In this document: positions 29,800 through 38,737 of the stretch, one piece after another
Layout of the letters: every line of letters starts with the position of its first letter
Position numbering within the stretch: position 1 is the stretch's first letter
IMG/VR virus record: IMGVR_UViG_3300036760_000193
Coordinates: 91,395 to 155,394 of that record
Direction: 5' to 3' (one strand)
Length of the DNA stretch: 64,000 nt
Source of the DNA: a virus
Taxonomy: Duplodnaviria; Heunggongvirae; Uroviricota; Caudoviricetes
Translations under genes and position numbers: made by a program
Notes under the pieces: model-generated
What the model saw: only the letters and a program-made list of their open reading frames with translations
Told to the model about the DNA's origin: nothing
Databases searched by the model: none

Positions 29800-29811
29800 T
29801 TATTATCCCTC

Positions 29812-31944
29812 TTAAATTTCACTTTCTTGAAATTGCTGTGCCAATTCTGTTAATGTGTCGAGGTGTTCAAAATTAAAAGCCGATACTCCTGCTGGAACTT
29901 TGTTGTTAAAATAACAATCACGCACATATGATAAATTAACTGTAATTGTCGCGGTTCCACCAGTATTGATTGCCTTACTAACACCAGTGATGTACCCAAA
30001 TTTATTGTTTTTTGCATCAAAAAATGTCTTTCCTACTATCACTCGTTGGTCATATCCCATGACTACAGTTCCAGTCCTCAAAGAAGCATTATGAAGTCTT
30101 AAAAGATATTGTGCATACCGGATCAATCCAGACCGTCTCTGTTGTGTAAACTCATCTCTTGTAGTTTTATTATTTGCAGCATTAGGGTTTGAATCCGCAG
30201 CGGCTTCTATGAATCCATACTGCAAAAAGAGTTTACCATCCATGAATGAATAGAATGAGTTTTCAAAAACCTCGTTAATTATATCTGCTACATATGCTAC
30301 TTTTTGAAGCGTTACTAAATTTGTTGATGTCTCTATATAATTCGTATTTATTATATTCAAAGTCAAACTATTCAGTGTTGATTCTGTATTATTATATTGA
30401 GGTGCGCGAATCTGAAATTCTCCATTTGGCTGTTCAAAAAATTCTATGAAAGATTTTTCTTTAATCTCATCTATAATCTCAAATGGCGTCTTCAAATCTG
30501 GGGCATATCCCTTTAATACATCTGCAAAAAATAGAAAATATCCTCTTAAAGTATTTATTTCTTCTGAAAAATTTATTGGATGTCTAGTCCCACGAACTGT
30601 TTGTAAACTTAAGTTATCTGCTATGGTGGTGTCTATAAAATTCTGATCCAAAACAGTTGCCGATCCAGATTTTTCTATTTGATTGGTAACAATTTGATTT
30701 GTAACTGGGTCAATATGAAACTTAGATACCAAAACTGTTGGGTTTTTTTGCTCTGTACGAATTTGATCTGTCAATGTAGCTAATGATGTTTGATCTAAAG
30801 GTGCTCTGTATGCAAACCCATGTCTTTTCATGACCAATGATAATAAAAATGGTGGAATGGTAAATAGATTAGTAGTAAATTGATTACCAAGCATAATTAC
30901 AGAGATGTCATAAAAGCTCGAATCTGGCACAACGGTTTCGAAAATCTTTGCTGCTGATGAATTACCAGTATCTATTTCTACGGCAAACCTAATTCCATAT
31001 ATTGACTTAAAAAAATCTAAGAAAACTCTGACCATCGTTTTATCAGCATAGTTGGTGGTATATGCTGTGTATTCTTCTGGTGTATCTGACAAAGCGATAT
31101 CATAAAGAGATGATTGTAATACACCCTGTTTCACAACCCGTCTTGTAGCTCCAAAAAGTCTGCTTATTCCATTTCCAGAAATATTGACGGTTTCTACTGA
31201 CCCCACTTCTGATGAAACTGATTTCACCATAATAAATCCATTAAATTCATTAGAAAAAAGAGTGATGTCTTCATCATCTGGATCGGGACTAAGAAGAACT
31301 GATTCCAAACGTAAATCCCCTGCCGTCAAATGATACAATCCAGATTGATCTATATTAAAAGTGATCCGGCCAGTAGCTGGGTCTTTTATTCTAGTACCTG
31401 TTAATTCTGTGATTGGGGCTTTGCCTCTATATAAAAATACAGATATCACATCATAAGGCTGTATTAAATCCGATATTTTCAACCCCTTTTTGACTGGTAA
31501 AATAGCTCCTGCTTGAATCGACATCGAATCTGGCGTTGTCCCACGATTTTTCTTTGCTTGAACGATTATATTTGTAACATTCGTGATATCATTAGAAGAA
31601 GCTTCATACTGTGCTAAGTTTGTAAGATTATTGGAGCCAAGTCTTTGCCCCTCTACCAAAAAATTTGTATTCAATTCATTAAACGTCAAAAAAACATTCT
31701 GCATTATTACAGACCATGAATACGTGTTTTCGCTTAAGTCTTGAGAAAATGAATATGATGATATGAGATCGGTAATATCGTATTTACTAAAATATTTTGA
31801 TTCATTTAACTCTACAACAAATTTATCAACTTGCGGAAAAGAAGCAGTCGTGGGAGATGAATTCCCCACTTTTGTGAAGGTTGGTGTGTATTTATACAGA
31901 AACACCTTCATTTTATAATTATCTATAGTTTGATTCTCTGACAT
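29812..31944 (-). CDS. probable baseplate hub protein
   Basis: 710 aa between tube initiator and spike; EFFEQPNGEFQIRAP and C-terminal GYITGVSKAI...TITVNL. Confidence 0.55.
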   Translation of the reverse strand: MSENQTIDNYKMKVFLYKYTPTFTKVGNSSPTTASFPQVDKFVVELNESKYFSKYDITDLISSYSFSQDLSENTYSWSVIMQNVFLTFNELNTNFLVEGQRLGSNNLTNLAQYEASSNDITNVTNIIVQAKKNRGTTPDSMSIQAGAILPVKKGLKISDLIQPYDVISVFLYRGKAPITELTGTRIKDPATGRITFNIDQSGLYHLTAGDLRLESVLLSPDPDDEDITLFSNEFNGFIMVKSVSSEVGSVETVNISGNGISRLFGATRRVVKQGVLQSSLYDIALSDTPEEYTAYTTNYADKTMVRVFLDFFKSIYGIRFAVEIDTGNSSAAKIFETVVPDSSFYDISVIMLGNQFTTNLFTIPPFLLSLVMKRHGFAYRAPLDQTSLATLTDQIRTEQKNPTVLVSKFHIDPVTNQIVTNQIEKSGSATVLDQNFIDTTIADNLSLQTVRGTRHPINFSEEINTLRGYFLFFADVLKGYAPDLKTPFEIIDEIKEKSFIEFFEQPNGEFQIRAPQYNNTESTLNSLTLNIINTNYIETSTNLVTLQKVAYVADIINEVFENSFYSFMDGKLFLQYGFIEAAADSNPNAANNKTTRDEFTQQRRSGLIRYAQYLLRLHNASLRTGTVVMGYDQRVIVGKTFFDAKNNKFGYITGVSKAINTGGTATITVNLSYVRDCYFNNKVPAGVSAFNFEHLDTLTELAQQFQESEI

Positions 31945-32450
31945 TAAAGTTTCCTAAAGAAATTGTCAACTGTAGACTGAACTTTCGTGATATCTATTTG
32001 CTTGTTAATGAAGTCTTCTAGTTTATTGATCTGACCATTCAAAAATCCGGTACTGGAACGAGTCAATGCGAAGTCCTCTATGGCAAATTTCTCCCCAAAT
32101 AGTAACTGGAATGTAATGGTATAGGCAAATCTGTTGGGGTGTCCTGTGATATTATGGTCAACTTGTAAATTCTGTATGAATCCCTTGTACAAACGAGTCT
32201 TATAGAATAATTGACTAACTTTATTGGTCTTCTCAAAGTTGTTCTTCAAAAATAACAATTCATTATATGCCGTGTTGCCAGCAGAGTCGCCAGTAATAGT
32301 CAAGATTTCAGGAGCATCATACCAAACTTGGTATTTGACTCCACCCTGTGTATTCAAAGGAGCAAAAACTACTCCCTTTTGGATATTAAGTCCTGTTGGA
32401 TTAACTGAAAATCGTAGATTATTTATTTGTATGACGTAGCGTGATGCCAT
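31944..32450 (-). CDS. probable tail tube initiator
   Basis: FSVNPTGLNIQK, YKGFIQNLQV, FAYTITFQL; directly after the tape measure. Confidence 0.55.
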   Translation of the reverse strand: MASRYVIQINNLRFSVNPTGLNIQKGVVFAPLNTQGGVKYQVWYDAPEILTITGDSAGNTAYNELLFLKNNFEKTNKVSQLFYKTRLYKGFIQNLQVDHNITGHPNRFAYTITFQLLFGEKFAIEDFALTRSSTGFLNGQINKLEDFINKQIDITKVQSTVDNFFRKL

Positions 32451-32453
32451 ATA

Positions 32454-34322
32454 TTACAGCCCCTTAAATTGTTCAGCTAATGCCGCAGGTCTACTGTGAG
32501 CCTGGGCACGTCTTCGAGCACGTACACTTTGGGTCATGTTTCTTTCTATCGAAGAACGATATTTCACACCCATTGATTCATCCATTCCGGCTTCATAAGC
32601 TACTGTTCCTGGACTTTTATTTTTCGTAAGAGAATCAAACGTCATTATTTTTACAAATTTATCAAAATTATTTGCGAAACTTGAAAATTGAGGCATAAAT
32701 GTATCAACAAAATCTACTGCGAATGTACCCATTGCTGTAGCTAATTTATTCAACGGCGGAACCATCTGTTTTTGAGCCGCAAACCCTTCCTCTTGGGCTT
32801 TCTTAAATGCCGCAGCAGCTTTTCTAGCTTGCTCTTCTCTGGCTTTCATTTCTTTTTCCAAAGATTCTTTAGTTACTTTCTCCGTCTCTGTTCCAACGCT
32901 TGCTTTCCATTTTGTTAGAACCAATTGCATCTCTTTAGCGGCCATTACAGGGTTGTCCCCCATATTGATACCAAGAGTTTCCATTCCTTTTGCTATCTTG
33001 TTCATGGCTGATGAGTCTTTGCTTGTAAAAGTCCCGCCCATAATTTTATCAAAGAACTTCATTACATCATTGAATCCAAGCCCCTCTGCTAATTCGTCCT
33101 CAGAAGGCATACGCCCTTTTACAAAAGAAAGTATACCCGTAAGTTTTTCAATGGTCATTGAACCGAGAGCACTTGAAAAACTTGCAGCAAATTTTTGTGC
33201 ATCAGCGGCTGAAAATTTTGTGTCTCCTAATTTTCTAAGACTTATATATGTTGAAGTGAAAATTTTTCTTGCTTCGTCTGTATTGAATGTCAAATTACGC
33301 ATTTCAGCATTGATGTTAATTAAGCCATTGAAAGCATCTTTGAAATTTATACGAGCTTCCGTAGCTACATCCGAAGCACTCATAAACATCTTCCCGACTT
33401 CTTCCATAGACATGTTTTGCGTCTTTGAAGCGTTAGTTACCATGTCTGCTACAGTGCTGGCATCTATTCCAAACTTAGACATTGCATCTCTGATAGCTTT
33501 CCAAGCTTCAGGGCCACCTTCTTTCGTGAGTTCTCTCAACGCATCAGGAGCTTTAGATAGTTCTGAGACCAATTTATTAACATCATCGGCACTTTGCCCC
33601 AAAACTTGTCTATCTTGACCTAGAGCATGAAATGCTTTTTGCGCGGCCTCTACACTACGGGCAGATTCACCCAATCCCTGTCCACCTGCGCGTAATTGAG
33701 CTTGTAACTTAGTTAAATCAGCCAAACGTTCTGTGCCCAATTTGAAAACAGCTAGAAGACCAGTTACAATTCCAGACATAGCTCCCATTGCCGTACCCAA
33801 TTTAGGTAGAAGTTCAATGAACCCTGCCAATTTTCCGGCCATTCCACCCAAAACTCCGCTACCTTCTGAAGCCAATGCTCGTAAACTCTGTGCTGCGAGT
33901 TGTGGTTTGTATGCTGTTTCTACTTTTTGAACTTTTTCAGCGTGTTGTTTTTCTAGTCCTTCATGGATACCACGCGCTTCTCTCTTGGTTAACCCTTCCG
34001 TCTGAATTTTCTTTTGAAGCTTTAATTCTTCATCCAACATCTTAATCAGGTCTTTCTTCTCTTTCAAAAGAACAGTATGCTTATGACGTTCAGCGGTCTG
34101 GATGACTTTGAGATATTTTAGGTGGATTTCAGCGGCTTTCTTTTCGTTCTCTTCCACAATCATTGGAGAAATACGAAATACGCGCTTCATTTGGTCTTGT
34201 ATTTGGGCAACGTCAAAAACGTCCTCAAATCGAAGTTTATCTACTTGAAGTTTCGGTAGGGGTTGGTTCGCAGGATTTTGTCCTGGGTTCTGTGGCGGTT
34301 GATTTGGGTCGATTGGGGGCAT
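32454..34322 (-). CDS. tail tape measure protein
   Basis: 622 aa, Ala/Lys/Gly-rich helical; follows the chaperones. Confidence 0.8.
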   Translation of the reverse strand: MPPIDPNQPPQNPGQNPANQPLPKLQVDKLRFEDVFDVAQIQDQMKRVFRISPMIVEENEKKAAEIHLKYLKVIQTAERHKHTVLLKEKKDLIKMLDEELKLQKKIQTEGLTKREARGIHEGLEKQHAEKVQKVETAYKPQLAAQSLRALASEGSGVLGGMAGKLAGFIELLPKLGTAMGAMSGIVTGLLAVFKLGTERLADLTKLQAQLRAGGQGLGESARSVEAAQKAFHALGQDRQVLGQSADDVNKLVSELSKAPDALRELTKEGGPEAWKAIRDAMSKFGIDASTVADMVTNASKTQNMSMEEVGKMFMSASDVATEARINFKDAFNGLININAEMRNLTFNTDEARKIFTSTYISLRKLGDTKFSAADAQKFAASFSSALGSMTIEKLTGILSFVKGRMPSEDELAEGLGFNDVMKFFDKIMGGTFTSKDSSAMNKIAKGMETLGINMGDNPVMAAKEMQLVLTKWKASVGTETEKVTKESLEKEMKAREEQARKAAAAFKKAQEEGFAAQKQMVPPLNKLATAMGTFAVDFVDTFMPQFSSFANNFDKFVKIMTFDSLTKNKSPGTVAYEAGMDESMGVKYRSSIERNMTQSVRARRRAQAHSRPAALAEQFKGL

Positions 34323-34705
34323 TAACTTACTACCTCTATGGTATCAAGATCGTCTTCTGGTTTACTGTATTCTTCTGGGTGTTGTACGCGCTTCTTAAGC
34401 TCAGAAGGTGAAATGCCCGACTTGCTATGGGCAAGTATCTCTTTCCAGATTTCGTCGTTATTTTCGTCAGAAACTGCTTCTGATACAGTCTTTTCGTCCC
34501 AAATTTCGGCTGCTGCTTGAGGATTTATGAACCTGCAAATAAGCTTGAACTTTTCTAGGTCTTCTTCTTGGTCTTTGTAATAATTGGCGATGGCCCACAT
34601 TACTTGTGATTCGGAGAGGGATTCAAAGGAACTGCTAAATGGAGAAATATTAAGGGCTTTTGCGGCTACCCATAACGTTCTGAAAGGGAGGTCGTTATCA
34701 GTTAC
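34322..34705 (-). CDS. tail assembly chaperone T segment, reached by -1 frameshift
   Basis: The frame of track ORF 34322-34600 stays open from 34705 (VTDNDLPFRTLWVAAKALNISPFSSSFESLSESQVMWAIANYY...). Confidence 0.82.
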   Translation of the reverse strand, partial: VTDNDLPFRTLWVAAKALNISPFSSSFESLSESQVMWAIANYYKDQEEDLEKFKLICRFINPQAAAEIWDEKTVSEAVSDENNDEIWKEILAHSKSGISPSELKKRVQHPEEYSKPEDDLDTIEVVS

Positions 34706-34714
34706 TTTTTTTTT
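34672..34714 (-). other. -1 programmed ribosomal frameshift signal
   Basis: Slippery A-AAA-AAG (34711-34705), 6-nt spacer, 6-bp stem ATAACG (34698-34693) / CGTTAT (34677-34672). Confidence 0.85.
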
Positions 34715-35043
34715 AACTCTTCCATGACTTTCGTCTGTTCTCCAGCCACATCAGAATAAGCGGTAAAGATTTCTGACAAAATATTATACTGCACATTGTC
34801 ATAGAGTTCTTTGGCTTGCTCTTTTGTAACTGATTCACCATTGACGGCATCTGTGGCCTGTATCAATACAGCAACTTGCAGATAAGTGAAACGTGCTGTT
34901 ACATTTTCAACGGCTTCTGGAACGGAAGAGAGAGCGATCTGTTGTTCAATTGTAGATAACGTATGCAATTTAACACGAAGCTCTTTGTTTACTTCTACTT
35001 CTTTTTCGATTCTACCCAATTGGGCGAGACTTTTCAAGTCCAT
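34702..35043 (-). CDS. tail assembly chaperone (gpG-like)
   Basis: 113 aa between tube and tape measure; ends EELKKK on a run of nine A. Confidence 0.82.
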   Translation of the reverse strand: MDLKSLAQLGRIEKEVEVNKELRVKLHTLSTIEQQIALSSVPEAVENVTARFTYLQVAVLIQATDAVNGESVTKEQAKELYDNVQYNILSEIFTAYSDVAGEQTKVMEELKKK

Positions 35044-35082
35044 TGCTAATCTCCTTTGCTAATCTTTTGCTACACTTTGCTA
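35043..35082 (-). repeat. four TAGCAA direct repeats over the chaperone SD and start codon
   Basis: Plus-strand ttgcta at 35043, 35056, 35067, 35077 (spacing 13, 11, 10). Confidence 0.75.
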
Positions 35083-35250
35083 ATTGTAAATCTTTGGTCA
35101 ACCGACAGTTATCACCGAGCGTCCAATTAACTATGAGACCATTACGCAACGTCAGTGGCAGGGTCGCACCCTACTTGATGTGTCATGTTACATAAATGTC
35201 TCCTTCTTTTGCTTCAGGTCTACTTGTAGGGCTAAGAAACCACCCGTACC

Positions 35251-35766
35251 TTAGCTAATGACTTTCTTGGTGTAACCGACTTCAACGTTCTGCATAACCC
35301 GAAGGTCGCCCGTGATGTCGTATACTTTAGGAAGGTTGTGAAACCAGCATCCTTCATAGATTGTAGTTTTGAAAGGAACATTTGATCCTTCAGGTGTTCT
35401 TTCTTCTTTCACAATAATGAATGGGATATTCTGGTCTATGATGCTCTGTGCATCGGTAAATCCAAATGCTTCCAGCATGTCAGACTCAAAAAGAACAACG
35501 CGATTCAAAGTAAGAGTGCTATCGGCAAGTCCTGGGGTTCTTTCCACCATTTCTCCGGCTTTAGCTGCGTCCAACTCGTATCGTGGGGTTGTACCTCTTG
35601 GGTTTTCCTCACTGAATGAGATAACAGCACCTATGACTTGAGCCTTCGCTGCCAATGCTTGAATTGCAGCTGCGTCTCCACTCGATGCGGTTGCAAGGTC
35701 TCCCTTGATTGCGCGAATTGTAATTGATGTACTTAGCCGCGCTGTTGTTACTGGTATCTTTGCCAT
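35251..35766 (-). CDS. tail tube protein
   Basis: 171 aa after the sheath; LTLNRVVL, IYEGCWF, VMQNVEVGY. Confidence 0.82.
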   Translation of the reverse strand: MAKIPVTTARLSTSITIRAIKGDLATASSGDAAAIQALAAKAQVIGAVISFSEENPRGTTPRYELDAAKAGEMVERTPGLADSTLTLNRVVLFESDMLEAFGFTDAQSIIDQNIPFIIVKEERTPEGSNVPFKTTIYEGCWFHNLPKVYDITGDLRVMQNVEVGYTKKVIS

Positions 35767-35790
35767 GTTAAATTCTCCTTATTTCAATTC

Positions 35791-37470
35791 TTACGCCGTT
35801 GGACTCAACGAGAAGGTTATCAAGATGAAGTTCAAAGGAAATACAGGTGCTATTGCAAATGAAACATCTATCTGTGTTGGGTCTAGATTGTTAACTGCTG
35901 CTGTGATATCTTGGAATGCCACGATAATTTCACTCGTAACCATGCTCGACAGAATTGAACTTTGTGTTGACTTCACCTGTGAAGGTGTTCCTGCTAGAAT
36001 CTTCTGTCCAATAAAGATATTCTCCAAGATGCTCCGCGAATTTGAAGCAACAAAGTCGATAATCTCAACAACAGAATACTCGTTGTTCTCTCTGGTCGAA
36101 ACATCGGTTGTTACCTGTTGTAATACGCGAATGACACCGCTGATATTCTCGATAACCATAACACCTTTACTCAAAAGTTGAATTTTCTCTTGGCGAAGAA
36201 GTGTGTCTGGCATATCAGAAAATCCTGCTAACGTTTTATGTGTCAAAGGATCAGCAACATCAAATGAGCGGCTGGTTCTTACACCGGCAACAGCGGCTGC
36301 AACATATGAACCATCAAGAAGAGTAGCTTCATCATCATTTCCAACGAAATATGAAACTTCTGATGCACTAACAAGAACCATTCTCTTATGTACAAGAGCT
36401 TGTGCCTGTGCAGACAATCCAGCAACTGTTGTGGGGGCTGGCATTGATACAATGGCCGTTCGCTCTTTACGTTCTGTAATGGAACTTGCAGCAATAACAT
36501 GACTCTTTAGATAAGCGTGAAGTGTTGTATTATTTGAGAGAGGAACAATAATATTGATTCCATTAACTGGAGCTAATTTGTCGATAGCTTGCTTGAATTG
36601 ATTTAGAATTGATCCATCGGCGGGGTCTATTTGAATCAAAGCAATTGCACTGGCTCCTTGAGCAAATACAATTTCTGATCCCAATGATAGAGTATTTGTC
36701 GTACTTACATCACCATAATCTGCAATGACATCTGCCATGCTGAAATAAAACTTAGGAGTGTAATCAGCTGATACTTTATCATATTCATAACTGACTGTAT
36801 ATTTCTTTGCGGCAGCTGGTTCTTTAGAACTTTCTTGAAATGATCCAACTACGAAACCAATTAATGAATTCGATGTTCCATCACCAATCAACAGGGAGGT
36901 GTTGTTGGTAGCGGTTGTCGCAACCTTAACTTGATTTGAGACCGCAGTTACTAGAACAGTGGCATCAAACGCTGCTTCTAATGCTGTAGCTACTTCTGCT
37001 GCTGTTGCATTAACACCAGAAAAGTCACCACCTACAAAAGTATAGGATTGTTCACTTCCACTTCCTATAGTAACCTTAAAAGTTTTTCCAGAGAGACTTG
37101 CAGCTGTAACAACAGTGATATTAAAATTCGTTGTCCCCGTGAGAGAAGCAACAACCGCTGGAGTCCAAGCTACATTTCCACTACTTAGAACATAATCGGT
37201 CGTAAGATTGTAGACTTTCAAGTCTTCATCTGTGATTGTATCGCCCAAAGAAACAGCGGGATGTGCTAATGCTGTAGAACCATTATTACCATCGTCTACG
37301 CCATTCGCAATAGTTCCCCTTGTTACTTCTTCCGCTGCGACAACGTTAGTTGTTCGTCCAGCACCAACCAAAGCGGCAACACGAACACCACCAGGTAGCA
37401 CAGGAAATGTGCGAACTGGTTTGAATTGTGAAAATACGCCTGGTTCTGTGAAAACATTATTAATAGCCAT
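35791..37470 (-). CDS. contractile tail sheath protein
   Basis: EPGVFSQF N-terminus, ERKERTAIV, YVAAAVAG, LLSKGVMVIE, VEIIDFV, FIGQK, PVFPLNFILITF. Confidence 0.93.
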   Translation of the reverse strand: MAINNVFTEPGVFSQFKPVRTFPVLPGGVRVAALVGAGRTTNVVAAEEVTRGTIANGVDDGNNGSTALAHPAVSLGDTITDEDLKVYNLTTDYVLSSGNVAWTPAVVASLTGTTNFNITVVTAASLSGKTFKVTIGSGSEQSYTFVGGDFSGVNATAAEVATALEAAFDATVLVTAVSNQVKVATTATNNTSLLIGDGTSNSLIGFVVGSFQESSKEPAAAKKYTVSYEYDKVSADYTPKFYFSMADVIADYGDVSTTNTLSLGSEIVFAQGASAIALIQIDPADGSILNQFKQAIDKLAPVNGINIIVPLSNNTTLHAYLKSHVIAASSITERKERTAIVSMPAPTTVAGLSAQAQALVHKRMVLVSASEVSYFVGNDDEATLLDGSYVAAAVAGVRTSRSFDVADPLTHKTLAGFSDMPDTLLRQEKIQLLSKGVMVIENISGVIRVLQQVTTDVSTRENNEYSVVEIIDFVASNSRSILENIFIGQKILAGTPSQVKSTQSSILSSMVTSEIIVAFQDITAAVNNLDPTQIDVSFAIAPVFPLNFILITFSLSPTA

Positions 37471-37499
37471 TTATACGTCCTCCCTAAAAATTTTCCTTC

Positions 37500-37814
37500 T
37501 TAAATATATTTTCGAAGTCCAGTGTCTGGATCGAACTTTGTTCCTTTCTGATTTTCTTTTGCGATCTCTTCTAAAAGTCTCATCACCTGATTGACTTTGT
37601 AGTTGACAAGAAACGGTGTCAACAAATTTACAATGTTTTGAAACTTCGGATCGTTTATCAAATCACCAAGCCCACCAACTTTTGTCATAGAGTTTAGAAG
37701 CGTCTTTGCTTCATTGATCGCTTCATCTTTTAACTCTACTTCATTAAGAATCCTTTGTGCTTGTGATAAATATACAGACATTTCCAATACCTCGTAATTA
37801 TAATTTTCGGACAT
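37500..37814 (-). CDS. hypothetical protein (104 aa)
   Basis: Between tail completion and sheath genes, directly below the class B motif. Confidence 0.65.
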   Translation of the reverse strand: MSENYNYEVLEMSVYLSQAQRILNEVELKDEAINEAKTLLNSMTKVGGLGDLINDPKFQNIVNLLTPFLVNYKVNQVMRLLEEIAKENQKGTKFDPDTGLRKYI

Positions 37815-37818
37815 AGGT

Positions 37819-37846
37819 CTATATAAACATTCGAAAATATTATACT
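37819..37846 (-). promoter_or_regulatory. putative phage promoter/operator AGTATAATATTTTCGAAT-NNN-TATATAG (class B, copy 1)
   Basis: 25/28 identical to 52774-52801; fills the short intergenic gap. Confidence 0.6.
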
Positions 37847-37848
37847 TT

Positions 37849-38430
37849 TTACGGGATCAAAGACAAAGAGATAGGGATTTTAGCCAAGGTCGTTCCTGGC
37901 CCCGTATCATCATGCCATTCTGTGTAAATTTCGAGTGTCAAACCACCAGTTATAAACCACCTGTCCCCATTGAAAGACCTCTTGTCCTGGGATAGTGTGG
38001 TTCTCTTGACTTCTATCCCCCTATCCGCTAAATCATCGTTGATCGTCTTCAAATGGTCATAAATCCTGTCTACTATTTGGTCTTTGGTCTTAAGGTCATC
38101 AATTGTATGTACAGCTATCGTTACGTTCATGTCAAAGCTGGTGAACATCTCATCGCTGATCTGAACTTTGTTGTTGTCCAGCCTCGTTCTGTGAGAATCA
38201 GGCCCCAAATACCGCTGTTCTTGACCTGGTACAGTCTCTACCGTAATCGCGGGGAAGAATACAGGCTCCTGAGATAGGACGGCGGCAATTACAATTCTCG
38301 TATTGTCAAAATCGTATTCCCCATCAATCGTCTCAGCATAATTATAATCTGGGTCGCCTGTAAAGATACGTCGCAGGTTCAAAATAACGGCTTCCCGTAC
38401 CTTCTTTGATAGTTGAAATTGGTTGCTCAT
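37849..38430 (-). CDS. tail completion/terminator protein
   Basis: FFPAITVET, VTIAVHT, RDQI-type KDQIVDRIYD; position between neck and sheath. Confidence 0.6.
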   Translation of the reverse strand: MSNQFQLSKKVREAVILNLRRIFTGDPDYNYAETIDGEYDFDNTRIVIAAVLSQEPVFFPAITVETVPGQEQRYLGPDSHRTRLDNNKVQISDEMFTSFDMNVTIAVHTIDDLKTKDQIVDRIYDHLKTINDDLADRGIEVKRTTLSQDKRSFNGDRWFITGGLTLEIYTEWHDDTGPGTTLAKIPISLSLIP

Positions 38431-38729
38431 TAGTCGCCCTCTGTGTAAAAATAATGAATGTCTGTTTCTGGGTCATAAAACCAGGCCAATTGCCCTTTTG
38501 CGTCATTTATCCCAAATGCAATGCCAGGCTTATTGATTAGTACCCGATGTTCTGGGGGTAGTATCACCATCCCTACGAATTGCCCCAAAGTAAGAGGTCT
38601 CCCTTCATCCACAATGCTCTGTAATTCTGAAGCGTCTGCGATATTGCAGTCCTCTTGATCTAAAATTGTTTGACAGGTATCCCAGAATCGCAAACGATCT
38701 GATGCCAAAAGTTCCCGTAGCCAGTTCAT
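38430..38729 (-). CDS. hypothetical protein (99 aa)
   Basis: Track ORF coupled to the tail completion gene. Confidence 0.6.
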   Translation of the reverse strand: MNWLRELLASDRLRFWDTCQTILDQEDCNIADASELQSIVDEGRPLTLGQFVGMVILPPEHRVLINKPGIAFGINDAKGQLAWFYDPETDIHYFYTEGD

Positions 38730-38737
38730 GGGATGCC

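Noticed and set aside
30333-30358. Additional class B motif copy (TATAAT-N10-TATATAG) in the hub gene
   Set aside because: The spacing differs and it lies more than 500 nt from the next start; probably chance.
31940-31969. sigma70-like promoter TTGACA-17-TAATGT before the hub gene
   Set aside because: The -10 match is poor and would contain the start codon itself.
35100-35200. tRNA or cobalamin riboswitch around the GGGTGCGACCCTGCCACTG hairpin
   Set aside because: No acceptor stem, D arm or anticodon arm can be built, and other riboswitch core elements are missing. Kept only as an unexplained hairpin.
35188-35253. Stop-codon read-through of the tail tube gene adding 20 residues
   Set aside because: The stop is TAA with no known read-through context, and a 20-codon open stretch is unremarkable.
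37506-37840. 11-bp inverted repeat (atattttcgaa / ttcgaaaatat) flanking the 104-aa gene, suggesting an invertible segment
   Set aside because: Short and AT-rich, so expected by chance; one arm is part of the class B motif; no recombinase nearby.
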